From Candidatus Aenigmatarchaeota archaeon (lineage in GTDB: Archaea; Aenigmatarchaeota; Aenigmatarchaeia; PWEA01), in NCBI GenBank assembly GCA_046539325.1, contig JBKHHD010000001.1, positions 32,001-96,000 of the forward strand: a DNA stretch of 64,000 bases, given 5' to 3'. This document shows, in pieces, positions 28,865-38,725 of this stretch (position 1 is its first letter; every line of letters starts with the position of its first letter). Made by a program: the position numbers and the translations under genes. The notes under the pieces are model-generated. The model made no database searches, was not told the origin of the DNA, and was given only the letters and a program-made list of their open reading frames with translations.

Positions 28865-29665
28865 ATGAAGATCGAGGAAGTACAGTGCAAATCCACTCTA
28901 TCGAACACGAAGCTCTACGGTTTGGACTATTCTGTGAACCCCTACACAGGCTGCGGACATTCATGCGCCTACTGCTACGCCGTTTACATGAAAAAGTTCA
29001 CCGATCACGAGGAGGACTGGGGAAGCTTTGTGGACGTGAAGGTGAACGCGCCTGAGGTCCTGAGGAAAGAAGTGAAGAAAAAGGACAGTGGTTCCGTGCT
29101 CCTTTCCTCGGTGACGGACGCCTATCAACCATTAGAGGAAAGGTACGGAATTACAAGAGAGCTGTTGGAGATACTTCAGGAGAACGGCTTTTCCGTTTCT
29201 ATACTTACGAAGAGCGACCTGGTGCTACGTGACCTCGATGTCCTGAAGAAGTTCGACCACGGACGTCTGTCGGTTGGTTTCACCGTAAACTTCACAGAAG
29301 AAGAGGATAGAAAAATATGGGAGCCAGAAGCTTCGAGCATCGAGGAAAGGATAGAAGGTTTAAAGAAACTTCACGAGGAAGGAATACCGACCTACGTCCA
29401 CGTAGGTCCGTGGCTGGAGGGTATAACGGATCTGGAAAAAATACTGGAGAAAGTTGAAGACTACATATACGAGTTCCAGGTAGAGAACTTAAATAAGAAG
29501 AGGGGAGAGATTGTAATGAAGGTAATAAGAGAAAACTATCCAGGACTAGCTGAAAAGTATGAGCATATAATGGAAGATCTATCAGGCCACAACAAGAGGC
29601 TGAAAGAGGAAGCTAAAACACTGAGAAGGAAAAGTTCAGTTCCTGTGAAGGTATATGTCGATTAG
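28865..29665 (+). CDS. Radical SAM protein (SplB/spore photoproduct lyase-like family)
   Basis: NPYTGCGHSCAYCYA, SSVTDAYQP.E, ILTKS.LV.RD.D. Confidence 0.9.
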   Translation: MKIEEVQCKSTLSNTKLYGLDYSVNPYTGCGHSCAYCYAVYMKKFTDHEEDWGSFVDVKVNAPEVLRKEVKKKDSGSVLLSSVTDAYQPLEERYGITRELLEILQENGFSVSILTKSDLVLRDLDVLKKFDHGRLSVGFTVNFTEEEDRKIWEPEASSIEERIEGLKKLHEEGIPTYVHVGPWLEGITDLEKILEKVEDYIYEFQVENLNKKRGEIVMKVIRENYPGLAEKYEHIMEDLSGHNKRLKEEAKTLRRKSSVPVKVYVD

Positions 29666-29750
29666 GAATTAACCAAGAAAAATTCAAAGATTGTTCATGG
29701 ACAAAAGACTTATATAAATACCTGAATGATTAATTACGGAAGGTGTTAAG

Positions 29751-30503
29751 ATGTTTAAAGCAAAGCTATCGGATCCTTCACTGTTGAAGAACTCCGTAGA
29801 CACGATATCAGAGCTAATCCATGAAGGACTGTTCAAGATAGACTCAGAATCACTTTACATGAGAGCCGCAGACAGAGCAACAGTAGCTGTAGTTGACTTT
29901 GAACTGGGGAAGGAAGCTTTCGAGGAGTTTGAATGTGATGAAGAAACGCAGATAGGAGTAAACCTTGAAGGTCTTCTTGGCATTCTGAAGAGAGCAAAGA
30001 AGGACGACAGTCTTGCACTTGAGCTTTCAGAGGACGAATCCCGGCTAAAGATATCAATAGGCGACGGGACAAAAAGAGACTTTGAGATGCCCCTTCTTTC
30101 GATATCAGAAGGAGAAGTACCAGAAACAAAGCAGCTTGATTTTACAGCGGAGATGGAGCTGAAGAGCTCGGTTCTAAGCAAGGGAATAGCCGACGCAGAA
30201 ATTGTCGCGGACTCCGTTCTCTTCAGAACAGAGGAAGGAAGCCTCACACTTGTAGCTGACAGCGACTCAGGGAGCGTGGAAGCAAAGACAGAAAAAGGTT
30301 CTGAAGATCTGATGGAGATAAAGGTAGATAAGGAAACGGAAAGCAGGTATCCTCTGGAATACCTGAAGAAGATGCTGAAGGCCTCGAAGATATCTGACGT
30401 AGCTTCTCTGAAGTTTGGAGACGACTACCCAATGGAACTGAAGTTTGAGGAGCCAGGTCAGATAAAGATATCGTTTGTTCTTGCTCCCCGTGTCGAGGAC
30501 TAG
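29751..30503 (+). CDS. pcn: DNA polymerase sliding clamp PCNA
   Basis: MFKAKL..., DRATVAVV, YPLEYL, C-terminal LAPRVED. Confidence 0.96.
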   Translation: MFKAKLSDPSLLKNSVDTISELIHEGLFKIDSESLYMRAADRATVAVVDFELGKEAFEEFECDEETQIGVNLEGLLGILKRAKKDDSLALELSEDESRLKISIGDGTKRDFEMPLLSISEGEVPETKQLDFTAEMELKSSVLSKGIADAEIVADSVLFRTEEGSLTLVADSDSGSVEAKTEKGSEDLMEIKVDKETESRYPLEYLKKMLKASKISDVASLKFGDDYPMELKFEEPGQIKISFVLAPRVED

Positions 30504-30533
30504 AGTGTGGGATCTGATTCGGGGTAGTTGAAA

Positions 30534-31796
30534 ATGCATAGAAAGGAAATTATAGACTACTACAGTAAGGAAGAGGTAGTTAATTCTATTCTCAATGCCT
30601 CGAAGAACAGAGAAATAAGCGGAACACTGTCCAGTGGAGGCTATACCTCGAGGCCCAACGTTCTCCAGTATACAAGTGACCTTGAGGAAATGGTTAAAAA
30701 GGGCTGTGTCGCTTTCCACGGCTCCGTGGAAAGATGGAAAAACGCAATGAAGCTTGACACGAAAATGAGGAAGGAGGATATGGATCGGCTCAGAAAGGGC
30801 TGGGATCTTATTCTTGACATAGATTCCGATATAGGACTTGAAGGCGCAAAGGTTGCACTGAAAAGGATTGTAGACCTTCTAAAGGACTATGGAATAGAGA
30901 ACTATGGAATGAAGTTCTCAGGTAGAAGAGGATTCCATATAGTTGTACCGTGGAAGGCGTTTCCAAAAAAGGTCGACTTTGAAAGGACTGAAAAGCAGTT
31001 CCCGGAAATACCTCGGGCAATAGCAACATTTATCAGACAACAAATAAAGTCAGATCTTCTCCAGGATCTTATAGATCTCAAGGGCTCATTCCACAAGCTC
31101 TCAGAAGAACTGGAAGGCCACGCAGACAGAATGACCCCCTTTGCCTTCGTGGACGTAGAAAAGGACTGGGGAAAGAGGCATCTTTTCAGACTTCCCTACT
31201 CGTTGCACGACAGCACCTGGTTGGTTTCCTATCCGCTGAAGGAAAGGGAGGTGGAAGAGTTTGAGATGGAAGACGCTGATCCTGAAAACGTGGAGCTTGG
31301 AAGAAAGTTCATAAAGAATGTGGACAAAGGATGTGCCAAAGACCTGGTAGTTGACGCGATAAACTGGATGAGCAAGAGGAAGGAAAGGAAAGAAGACAAA
31401 GAGGAAGAAGTGGATGAAATAAAGCCCGAGGATCCTGTGCCAGAGGAAAGATTCCCACCTTGTATAAAGCATATACTAAAGGGCCTTTCAGACGGAAGGA
31501 AAAGGAGTGTATTCATCCTCATAACCTTCCTGAGGAGGATGAGCTGGGACTGGGAGAAGGTTGAAGAGAAGATTGATGAATGGAACGAAAAGAACGATCC
31601 ACCGCTGCGGGAGAACTACATAAACACGCAGCTCAAGTGGTTCAAGAGACAGGACCGCGAGATTGTAGCGCCGTCATGCGACAACGACCTCTACTACAAG
31701 TCCTTTGGTGTCTGCGACCCTGATGAAAAATGCAAACAGGGAACTGAAGAGATACAGATAAAGAATCCTATGGTTTACCCCTTCAAAAAGAAGTAA
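30534..31796 (+). CDS. priS: Fused DNA primase (PriS catalytic domain + PriL Fe-S C-terminal domain)
   Basis: WDLILDID, KFSGRRGFHI, RHLFRLPYSLH; then FPPCIKHIL, PSCD...VCDPDEKC; lies between PCNA and GINS. Confidence 0.9.
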   Translation: MHRKEIIDYYSKEEVVNSILNASKNREISGTLSSGGYTSRPNVLQYTSDLEEMVKKGCVAFHGSVERWKNAMKLDTKMRKEDMDRLRKGWDLILDIDSDIGLEGAKVALKRIVDLLKDYGIENYGMKFSGRRGFHIVVPWKAFPKKVDFERTEKQFPEIPRAIATFIRQQIKSDLLQDLIDLKGSFHKLSEELEGHADRMTPFAFVDVEKDWGKRHLFRLPYSLHDSTWLVSYPLKEREVEEFEMEDADPENVELGRKFIKNVDKGCAKDLVVDAINWMSKRKERKEDKEEEVDEIKPEDPVPEERFPPCIKHILKGLSDGRKRSVFILITFLRRMSWDWEKVEEKIDEWNEKNDPPLRENYINTQLKWFKRQDREIVAPSCDNDLYYKSFGVCDPDEKCKQGTEEIQIKNPMVYPFKKK

Positions 31797-31828
31797 GTTA
31801 TTTAACTTTTGCCAGGAAATGGTAAAAT

Positions 31829-32647
31829 ATGGCAGATGAAGAGGACAGCGCTATAACATTTGAGACCTTCAGAAAGTTTCAGAGAAAGGAGAAGAAGAAC
31901 GAGAAGCTGCAGGAGCTGCCGGATGACTTCTTCAGAACCTGCGTACAGTGGATAAACAGAAAGGAGGAGAAGTTCGAGGAGAGCAGAGATTCGGCCCTGA
32001 TGAGGGAAATAGAGAACGTCAAAAGTATCGTAAAGGACATATTTGAAAGGAGACGGAAGAAAATACTAATCCTTGCACTCCACTCCGTGAGGAGCAAAAA
32101 AGTTTCAAAAAACCTCCTCCCGGAGGAAGAAGAGTTCTTTGAGAGGACAGTGAAAAATTTAAGGCAGCTCGAAGAGAATCTACTTGAAAGGGTATTGAAA
32201 GGAGAAGAGCCGAAGGAAGCGACGGAAGAAGAGGAATCAAAGGAAGAAGTGAACAAAGACGAAAGATCGGAAAAAAGTGAGGAGGTTGAAGAGGAAAGAG
32301 ATGCTGAGAACAAAGGTAGTGAAGAAGTAGAAGAAAAGGAGGGACAGTCGGAGAGGGAAGAGGAGGTTACAGAAGTTGAACAAAAGGAAGGGCCAGGAGA
32401 ACCAGAAGAAGAGACAGCCGAAGAAGGAGAAAAGGTTAAGACAAGGAAACTCGGTGAGGAGGAGCAAATGGAGGTTGAGACCTCCGAAGGGCAAAAACTT
32501 CTCCGGATAACGGATCAAGTCGAAAGGTTTGTAGCTACAGACGAAAATGAATACGGTCCACTGGAAGAAGGGGATATAGTGACTTTGCCTGAAGACGTGG
32601 CCAAACTTCTTATAGAAAAGGACAAGGCAAAGGAATCAAAGGTTTAA
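31829..32647 (+). CDS. GINS complex subunit (Gins15/51) with long acidic linker
   Basis: KLQELPDDFF, IFERRRKKI, LLPEEEEFF; C-terminal B domain YGPLEEGDIVTLPEDVAKLLI. Confidence 0.88.
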   Translation: MADEEDSAITFETFRKFQRKEKKNEKLQELPDDFFRTCVQWINRKEEKFEESRDSALMREIENVKSIVKDIFERRRKKILILALHSVRSKKVSKNLLPEEEEFFERTVKNLRQLEENLLERVLKGEEPKEATEEEESKEEVNKDERSEKSEEVEEERDAENKGSEEVEEKEGQSEREEEVTEVEQKEGPGEPEEETAEEGEKVKTRKLGEEEQMEVETSEGQKLLRITDQVERFVATDENEYGPLEEGDIVTLPEDVAKLLIEKDKAKESKV

Positions 32648-32768
32648 TCAAAGTCCGCCTGATCATATTTAAAAGTGTCGGAACAGTAATAAGAAGTGCC
32701 TTTAACTTGAAGCGATAGATTTAAAAGTTTCAAAGTTGTACAAAAACCATCCAGAAAAAGGTGGAATT

Positions 32769-33062
32769 ATGAAAATACCTGAAAGACAGAGAAAATACTG
32801 CCCTGACTGCGACAAACATACGGAGCACAAGGTAAGGAGAGAAAGCCAGGGACCAAGGCTGAATCCCTCGGCTCACTCAAAGGGCGAAAAAAAGAGTGAA
32901 AGAAGGGAGAAGGGCTACGGAAACAGCGGCAAGTCTTCAAAGCAGGTCAGTGGCGAAAAGCCCACAAGAAGAGTCGACCTTCGCTACGAGTGTCAGGAAT
33001 GTGGAAAAGAACAGACCATAGGAAGGGGCTTCCGCGTAAAGAGACTGGAGATAGAAAGGTGA
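32769..33062 (+). CDS. rpl44e: 50S ribosomal protein L44e
   Basis: MKIPERQRKYCPDCDKHTEHKV...KPTRRVDLRYECQECGK. Confidence 0.95.
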   Translation: MKIPERQRKYCPDCDKHTEHKVRRESQGPRLNPSAHSKGEKKSERREKGYGNSGKSSKQVSGEKPTRRVDLRYECQECGKEQTIGRGFRVKRLEIER

Positions 33063-33066
33063 TCTT

Positions 33067-33249
33067 ATGAACGGAGAAGAGCCAGATTCAAAGTTTCTAA
33101 AGGTAAGCTGCTCTGATTGTGAGAACAGTCAGATAATATTTAACAAACCTACAACGCAGGTTGAGTGCTCAGAGTGTGGCTCCAACCTATGTGAGCCAAG
33201 AGGCGGGATGGGAAAAGTTCAGTCCAAGATAAAAGAGGTATTCAGGTGA
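33067..33249 (+). CDS. rps27e: 30S ribosomal protein S27e
   Basis: SKFLKVSCSDCENSQIIF...VECSECG..L.EPRGG. Confidence 0.95.
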   Translation: MNGEEPDSKFLKVSCSDCENSQIIFNKPTTQVECSECGSNLCEPRGGMGKVQSKIKEVFR

Positions 33250-33253
33250 TTTG

Positions 33254-34021
33254 GTGGTAAAAAGGCGGGCAGACTTCCCTTCAAAAGGGGAGCTAGTTAT
33301 CGGTACTGTAAGGGAAATAAATCCTAATTCTGTTTTTGTAGAGCTTGAGGAATACGACAAGGAAGGAATGATCCATATATCAGAAATTGCGAAGAAGTGG
33401 GTTCGCGATATAAGGGACTGGGTTTCTGTTGATGAAAAGATAGTCTGCAGAGTTAAAAATATAAGAAAGAAGAAGGACCAGATAGATCTCTCGCTGAAGG
33501 AGGTCAGTGACAGGGACAAAAACAGGAGAATGCAGACCTGGAAGAGGGATGAAAGGGGCGAAGACTTCCTCGAGGAGCTGGCCGAAGCCAATGATATTTC
33601 TCTTAAAGAAGCCTACGAAAAAATTGGGTACGAGCTGCAGAAAAACTTCAAGGATATGCTCGAGGCGTTTGAAATAGCTGTGAGGAAAGGCGTGGAAGAG
33701 CTCGTCAAAAGAGGCGTGGAAGAGGACTGGACAGGAAAGATAAAGAAAATCGGAGAGAAGAATATAAAACGTAAGAAGAAGGAGCTAACCGAAAGGTTCA
33801 ATCTTAGTGTGAGCGAACCCACCGGTGTAGAGATTATAAAAGACGCTTTAAACAAGGTCGCTGAGTCACGGGGTGTGGAGTTCAAGTACATATCTGCTCC
33901 GGAGTACGAGATAAAGAAGGAGGGCAGAGACCTCAAAGAAGCGGAGAAGTCCATTGAAGCATCAACTGAAGAGCTGGAGGAAGAGCTACAGGGGAAGGAT
34001 TTCGAGCTTCAAAAATTATAG
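33254..34021 (+). CDS. eif2a: Translation initiation factor 2 alpha subunit
   Basis: FPSKGELVIGTV, S1 domain EGMIHISEI, QIDLSLK, YISAPEY; GTG start at GGTGA+4. Confidence 0.95.
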   Translation: MVKRRADFPSKGELVIGTVREINPNSVFVELEEYDKEGMIHISEIAKKWVRDIRDWVSVDEKIVCRVKNIRKKKDQIDLSLKEVSDRDKNRRMQTWKRDERGEDFLEELAEANDISLKEAYEKIGYELQKNFKDMLEAFEIAVRKGVEELVKRGVEEDWTGKIKKIGEKNIKRKKKELTERFNLSVSEPTGVEIIKDALNKVAESRGVEFKYISAPEYEIKKEGRDLKEAEKSIEASTEELEEELQGKDFELQKL

Positions 34022-34072
34022 TGGCTAAAATATTTCTATGAAAACCTGTTTCCGTAAATATGTTTTCCTCCA

Positions 34073-34161
34073 CAAAAAAGTTTAAATAGAAAGGAAACCA
34101 TTCCTTGTCTGGATCCCCACATATAGGGGGTTACTTAAATCAAAGCCACAACATGTAGTAG
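34073..34161 (+). promoter_or_regulatory. BRE/TATA promoter with two tandem NrdR boxes
   Basis: CAAAAAAG-TTTAAATA (TATA at 34081-88); TCCCCACATATAGGGG (34114-29) and CCACAACATGTAGTAG (34146-61) fit acaCwAtATaTwGtg and are 32 bp apart. Confidence 0.8.
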
Positions 34162-34194
34162 TCACAGGTTGATAGTAAAAGAGAAAATGATATC

Positions 34195-34635
34195 ATGAAA
34201 TGTCCAACATGCTCTTCTGAAACCAGAGTCCTGGAATCTCGAGATATTTCTGATTCCACGGCTATAAGGAGGAGGCGAGAATGCAAGGACTGCGAGCATA
34301 GATTCACGACCTACGAAAGGCCTGAGCTGTCAGTCAGAGTTGTGAAGAAGGACGGTGCAAGGGAAGAGTTCGATCAGGATAAGCTCAAGAGAGGAATAAT
34401 GAAAGCATGTGAGAAAAGACCAGTAAGTAACGAAGAGGTAGAAGAGCTGATAAGGAATGTCGTCAAAAAGATAAGAAGAAAGGGGATAAATGAAATAGAA
34501 TCGACGGAAATAGGCAACCTGGTCATGGAGCAGCTAAAGGAACTGGACAAGGTGGCTTACATACGGTTCGCTTCGGTCTACAAATCCTTCGATCTCGAAA
34601 GCTTAGAAAAAGAAATAAAGACAATCAAAAGGTGA
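34195..34635 (+). CDS. nrdR: Transcriptional repressor NrdR
   Basis: MKCPTC...VLESR...[21 protein letters not shown] cone, [10 protein letters not shown]. Confidence 0.96.
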   Translation: MKCPTCSSETRVLESRDISDSTAIRRRRECKDCEHRFTTYERPELSVRVVKKDGAREEFDQDKLKRGIMKACEKRPVSNEEVEELIRNVVKKIRRKGINEIESTEIGNLVMEQLKELDKVAYIRFASVYKSFDLESLEKEIKTIKR

Positions 34636-34640
34636 TTCCA

Positions 34641-36779
34641 ATGAGTTTTGAAGCTATCAAAAAACGTGATGGTACCATTGAAAAATTCGATCAAATCAAG
34701 ATTACAAACGCAATATGGGAAGCTGCACAGGCGGTAGGTGGGACAAACAAAGACCTTTCTAAAAAACTTTCAGATGAAGTAGTTGAGAGACTGGAGGAAA
34801 ATCTTGCAGAAAATGAGATTCCTACAGTAGAGCAGGTACAGGACCAGGTCGAGAAGACACTTGTAGAAAATGGACATTACAAGACAGGTAAAGCATATAT
34901 CTTATACAGAAGCCAGCATGAAGAGCTCAGAAAGTTCCACGAGCTTATGAGCAACGTTTCTCTTGTGGAGAACTATGTAAAGGAAAACGACTGGCGTGTA
35001 AAGGAAAACTCAAACATGAGCTATTCACTACAGGGTCTGAACGTCCACGTAACAGATAAGATAATAAGAAAGTACTGGCTTCAGAAGATCTATCCACCTG
35101 AAGTAAGGAAGAAACATAACCAAGGCTTCTTCCATATACATGACCTAGGTACACTCGGTCCCTACTGCGTGGGTTGGGGCCTCAAGGATCTACTTGTAGA
35201 AGGATTCAAAGGTGTAAGAGGTAAAATCGAATCTAAGCCGGCGAGCCACTTCGATGTTGCTCTGCTTCAGCTTGTGAACTTCCTCTACACGCTTCAGGGT
35301 GAAGCAGCAGGCGCACAGGCTGTATCCAACTTCGATACATACTTCGCGCCGTTCATCCACTACGACGATCTCGACTACGACGAAGTAAAGCAGGCGATGC
35401 AGAAGTTCCTCTACAATATGAACGTTCCTACAAGAGTGGGCTTCCAGACGCCCTTCACAAACCTGACAATGGACTTAGAAGTTCCTGAGATGATGAAGGA
35501 CGAACCTGTCATAATAGGCGGCGAGGAAAAGGACAAGACCTACGGAGAGTTCCAGGAGGAAATGGATATGCTCAACAGAGCCTTCGCCGAGGTCATGATG
35601 GAGGGTGACGCAAAGGGAAGACCTTTCACGTTCCCTATCCCGACTTACAACATAACGAACGACTTCGTCTGGGACAAGGAAGTTCTTGACCCGGTTTGGA
35701 AGATGACCGCAAAGTACGGCATACCCTACTTCTCAAACTTCGTAAACTCAGATATGGACCCAGAGGACGCAAGATCCATGTGCTGTAGGCTCAGGCTAGA
35801 CAACCGTGAACTGAAGAAGAGAGGTGGAGGACTTTTCGGTTCAAATCCTCTAACAGGATCCATAGGAGTAGTTACAATGAACCTGCCGAGGATGGCCTAC
35901 CTATCAGAAGACGAAGAAGAGTTCTTTGACATGCTTGAAGAACACATGGAACTGGGCAAACAGAGCCTTATCCTCAAGAGAGAAGTTCTTGAAAAGTTCA
36001 CGGAGAAAGGACTTTATCCTTACTCCAAGTTCTATCTCAGGAGCGTCAAGGAGTCACAGGGATCATACTGGGAAAACCACTTCTCAACCATAGGATTAAT
36101 AGGGATGAACGAGGCTGCATTGAACCTCAAAGACACATCCATCAGTACTGAAGAGGGTCACGACTTCGCGGAAAGGGTCCTTGAGTTCATGAGAGAAAAG
36201 ATAGCAGACTTCCAGGAGGAAACAGGATCGATATTCAACCTGGAGGCTACGCCTGCAGAGGGATCAAGCTACAGGCTGGCCAGAAACGACAAGAAGGAGT
36301 TTCCAGATCTAAAGGTCTACAACACCTCGGAATTAGGCGATTCGGAACCTATCTACACGAACTCAACTCAGCTTCCCTTCGGAGAAACGGAAGATCTGTT
36401 CGAAGCACTGGACCATCAGGAGCCTCTCCAGACAAAGTACACCGGAGGAACAGTATTCCACGCATGGCTAGGTGAGAAGATGCCTTCCATAGAGTCCACC
36501 AAGAAGCTTGTGAAGAAGATATCAGAGGACTATAAGCTTCCATACTACACGCTTACACCAAGCTTCTCTGTCTGTCCGACACATGGCTACTTATCAGGCG
36601 AGAAGGAGATTTGCCCCGAATGCAAGAAGGAAGGTGAAAGGACAAAATGTGAAGTCTATTCGAGGGTAGTCGGCTACTTAAGACCGAAGGAACAGTGGAA
36701 TCCAGGGAAGCAGGAGGAGTTTGAGGACAGATCAGACTACTCAAAGAAGGTAACTCCTGAGGCCGAGGTTTCCGGATGA
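34641..36779 (+). CDS. nrdD: Anaerobic (class III) ribonucleoside-triphosphate reductase
   Basis: ATP cone, HIHDL, SMCCRL, EATPAEG, CPTHG..CPEC, glycyl-radical motif YSRVVGYL. Confidence 0.96.
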   Translation: MSFEAIKKRDGTIEKFDQIKITNAIWEAAQAVGGTNKDLSKKLSDEVVERLEENLAENEIPTVEQVQDQVEKTLVENGHYKTGKAYILYRSQHEELRKFHELMSNVSLVENYVKENDWRVKENSNMSYSLQGLNVHVTDKIIRKYWLQKIYPPEVRKKHNQGFFHIHDLGTLGPYCVGWGLKDLLVEGFKGVRGKIESKPASHFDVALLQLVNFLYTLQGEAAGAQAVSNFDTYFAPFIHYDDLDYDEVKQAMQKFLYNMNVPTRVGFQTPFTNLTMDLEVPEMMKDEPVIIGGEEKDKTYGEFQEEMDMLNRAFAEVMMEGDAKGRPFTFPIPTYNITNDFVWDKEVLDPVWKMTAKYGIPYFSNFVNSDMDPEDARSMCCRLRLDNRELKKRGGGLFGSNPLTGSIGVVTMNLPRMAYLSEDEEEFFDMLEEHMELGKQSLILKREVLEKFTEKGLYPYSKFYLRSVKESQGSYWENHFSTIGLIGMNEAALNLKDTSISTEEGHDFAERVLEFMREKIADFQEETGSIFNLEATPAEGSSYRLARNDKKEFPDLKVYNTSELGDSEPIYTNSTQLPFGETEDLFEALDHQEPLQTKYTGGTVFHAWLGEKMPSIESTKKLVKKISEDYKLPYYTLTPSFSVCPTHGYLSGEKEICPECKKEGERTKCEVYSRVVGYLRPKEQWNPGKQEEFEDRSDYSKKVTPEAEVSG

Positions 36780-37462
36780 AGATAGGCGGGCTTCAGAAGT
36801 TCACAGTTACAGACTATCCCGGAAAGATATCCTGCATAGTCTTCACCATTGGATGCAACTTCCGCTGTCCTTTCTGCCAGAACAGCCAGCTTGTGACGGA
36901 AGAAGCAAACGAGATGCCAGCCGACAAAGTCTTTAACTTTTTAGAGGAAAGACCGGGACAGCTAGAGGCAGTTACAGTGACAGGAGGTGAACCTCTTATA
37001 CAGAGGAATTTATTTGAGTTCTTTGGAAAGGTGAAGGATCTAGGCTACGATATCAAGCTGGACACAAACGGAAGCGTGCCAGGTGAGCTAAAGAGAGCAG
37101 TACGGAAAGATCTTGTGGATTACGTAGCTATGGACATAAAGGCGCCTATAGACGAGTACGAGAAGGCCTGTGGAATAAAGGTCAACACCGACGAGATCGA
37201 GGAAAGCATAGATTTCATTCTAGGACTCGATGACTACGAGTTCAGAACTACGGCTGTTCCAACAATTATAGACGAAAAAACTATAGAGGAGATAGCAAAG
37301 AGGATAGAAGGCGCGAAGAAGTTTTACATACAGCAGTTCGAAACAAAGAACACCCTGGACGAGGACTACCAGGAGTTGGAGAGCCTTCCTGAGAAAAGAT
37401 TGGAAAACTTCAAAGAGATAGCAGAAAGATACGTGCAGAGCTGTCAGATAAGGAACGTGTGA
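36776..37462 (+). CDS. nrdG: Anaerobic RNR activating radical SAM protein
   Basis: DYPGKISCIVFTIGCNFRCPFCQN, TGGEP, KLDTNGS, EFRTT. Confidence 0.93.
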   Translation: MKIGGLQKFTVTDYPGKISCIVFTIGCNFRCPFCQNSQLVTEEANEMPADKVFNFLEERPGQLEAVTVTGGEPLIQRNLFEFFGKVKDLGYDIKLDTNGSVPGELKRAVRKDLVDYVAMDIKAPIDEYEKACGIKVNTDEIEESIDFILGLDDYEFRTTAVPTIIDEKTIEEIAKRIEGAKKFYIQQFETKNTLDEDYQELESLPEKRLENFKEIAERYVQSCQIRNV

Positions 37463-37497
37463 AGATTTAAATTCTTTCGCACAGAAGGTTACCTACC

Positions 37498-37656
37498 ATG
37501 AAGCTAAAGAAGTGTAAAAGCTGTGGTGTTTACACCTTAGACAAAGAGTGCTCAAAATGCGGGCAGAAAACTTCTGAACCGCGGCCTGGCCCCTTTTCAC
37601 CCCAGGATAAGTACGGAAAACACAGAAGGAAGGAAAAGCTTAAAAAGGAAGGATAA
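37498..37656 (+). CDS. nop10: H/ACA RNP protein Nop10
   Basis: MKLKKCKSCGVYTLDKECSKCGQKT...PGPFSPQDKYGKHRR; below ORF-track cutoff; conserved position before PAC2. Confidence 0.93.
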   Translation: MKLKKCKSCGVYTLDKECSKCGQKTSEPRPGPFSPQDKYGKHRRKEKLKKEG

Positions 37657-37675
37657 AGCTTTAATAGAGGATAAG

Positions 37676-38473
37676 ATGGAAACCGAACTAAATATAATAG
37701 AAGAAGTTGATCTTGAAGACCCGATACTAATAGAAGGACTACCAGGCATAGGGAATGTAGGAAGGATAGCAGCAGAATACATGATAAAACATCTCGATAC
37801 TAAAAAGTTTGCTGAACTTTATTCTTCACACTTCATGCCTATAGTGCTAATAGACGATGATGAGGTGTCCTTGCTTAAGTTTGAGTTCTACTACTGGAAG
37901 AACGACAAGGGCAATGATTTAATATTCCTTATAGGAGATTCACAGGCAGGCAAGGAAGGCAGCAGCGGACATTTCGACGTAGCTGAAAGGGTGCTGGACC
38001 TTGCGGAGGATTTTGGAGTAAGAAGAATAATAACCCTAGGAGGTTATAGTACAGGTGATATCGGTGAAGAGATGGACGAAAGCCCTGAGGTTCTTGGCGC
38101 AGTGACACACAGCGAGATGATCGAGGAGTTCGAGAATTCCGGTATAAACTTTGAAGACACCGACTCCAACATAGGAATGATTGTTGGTGGAACAGGACTT
38201 CTACTTGGAATGGCAAAGAAAAGGGACATGAACGGACTTTGTCTGATGGGGGAAACAGCTGGATTCCCGATACTTACAGATCCCAAGTCTGCTGAAAGCG
38301 TGGTTAAAATAGTTTCAGATATTCTCGATCTTGGTATCCCGCTTCAAGACATAGAGGAAAAGGTCGAGGAGATGGAAGACTTCCTAAACAAGCTGGAAGG
38401 CCTCCAGAAGAAAAGCATGAAACAGATGGAAGGCGGCGATGACGAGGAGGAGAAATTAAGGTATATAGGATGA
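37676..38473 (+). CDS. PAC2-family proteasome assembly chaperone
   Basis: LIEGLPGIGNVGRIAA, ITLGG, CLMGET, DPKSA, C-terminal YIG. Confidence 0.9.
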   Translation: METELNIIEEVDLEDPILIEGLPGIGNVGRIAAEYMIKHLDTKKFAELYSSHFMPIVLIDDDEVSLLKFEFYYWKNDKGNDLIFLIGDSQAGKEGSSGHFDVAERVLDLAEDFGVRRIITLGGYSTGDIGEEMDESPEVLGAVTHSEMIEEFENSGINFEDTDSNIGMIVGGTGLLLGMAKKRDMNGLCLMGETAGFPILTDPKSAESVVKIVSDILDLGIPLQDIEEKVEEMEDFLNKLEGLQKKSMKQMEGGDDEEEKLRYIG

Positions 38474-38482
38474 GGTGAAAAG

Positions 38483-38686
38483 ATGGGTTTCCTTGATTTT
38501 GAAGGCATGACGCGTTTTGAGAAGGCAAGGATAATCTCCACAAGGTCCTTGCAGATAGCTATGGGCGCACCGCCACTAATAGATGAGAAAGCAGGAATGG
38601 ATCCCATAGGAACAGCAAGAAAGGAGTTCGAAGAGGGCGTAGTCCCCCTCACTGTAAAGCACAAAGAGCCTCCGGAAATGGAGTAG
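38483..38686 (+). CDS. rpoK: RNA polymerase subunit K (Rpo6)
   Basis: TRFEKARIISTRSLQIAMGAPPL...A.KEF..GVVPLTV. Confidence 0.95.
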   Translation: MGFLDFEGMTRFEKARIISTRSLQIAMGAPPLIDEKAGMDPIGTARKEFEEGVVPLTVKHKEPPEME

Positions 38687-38725
38687 TAAAGATATTTAAA
38701 TTTGTCCAGAAATAAGTTGGGTATC

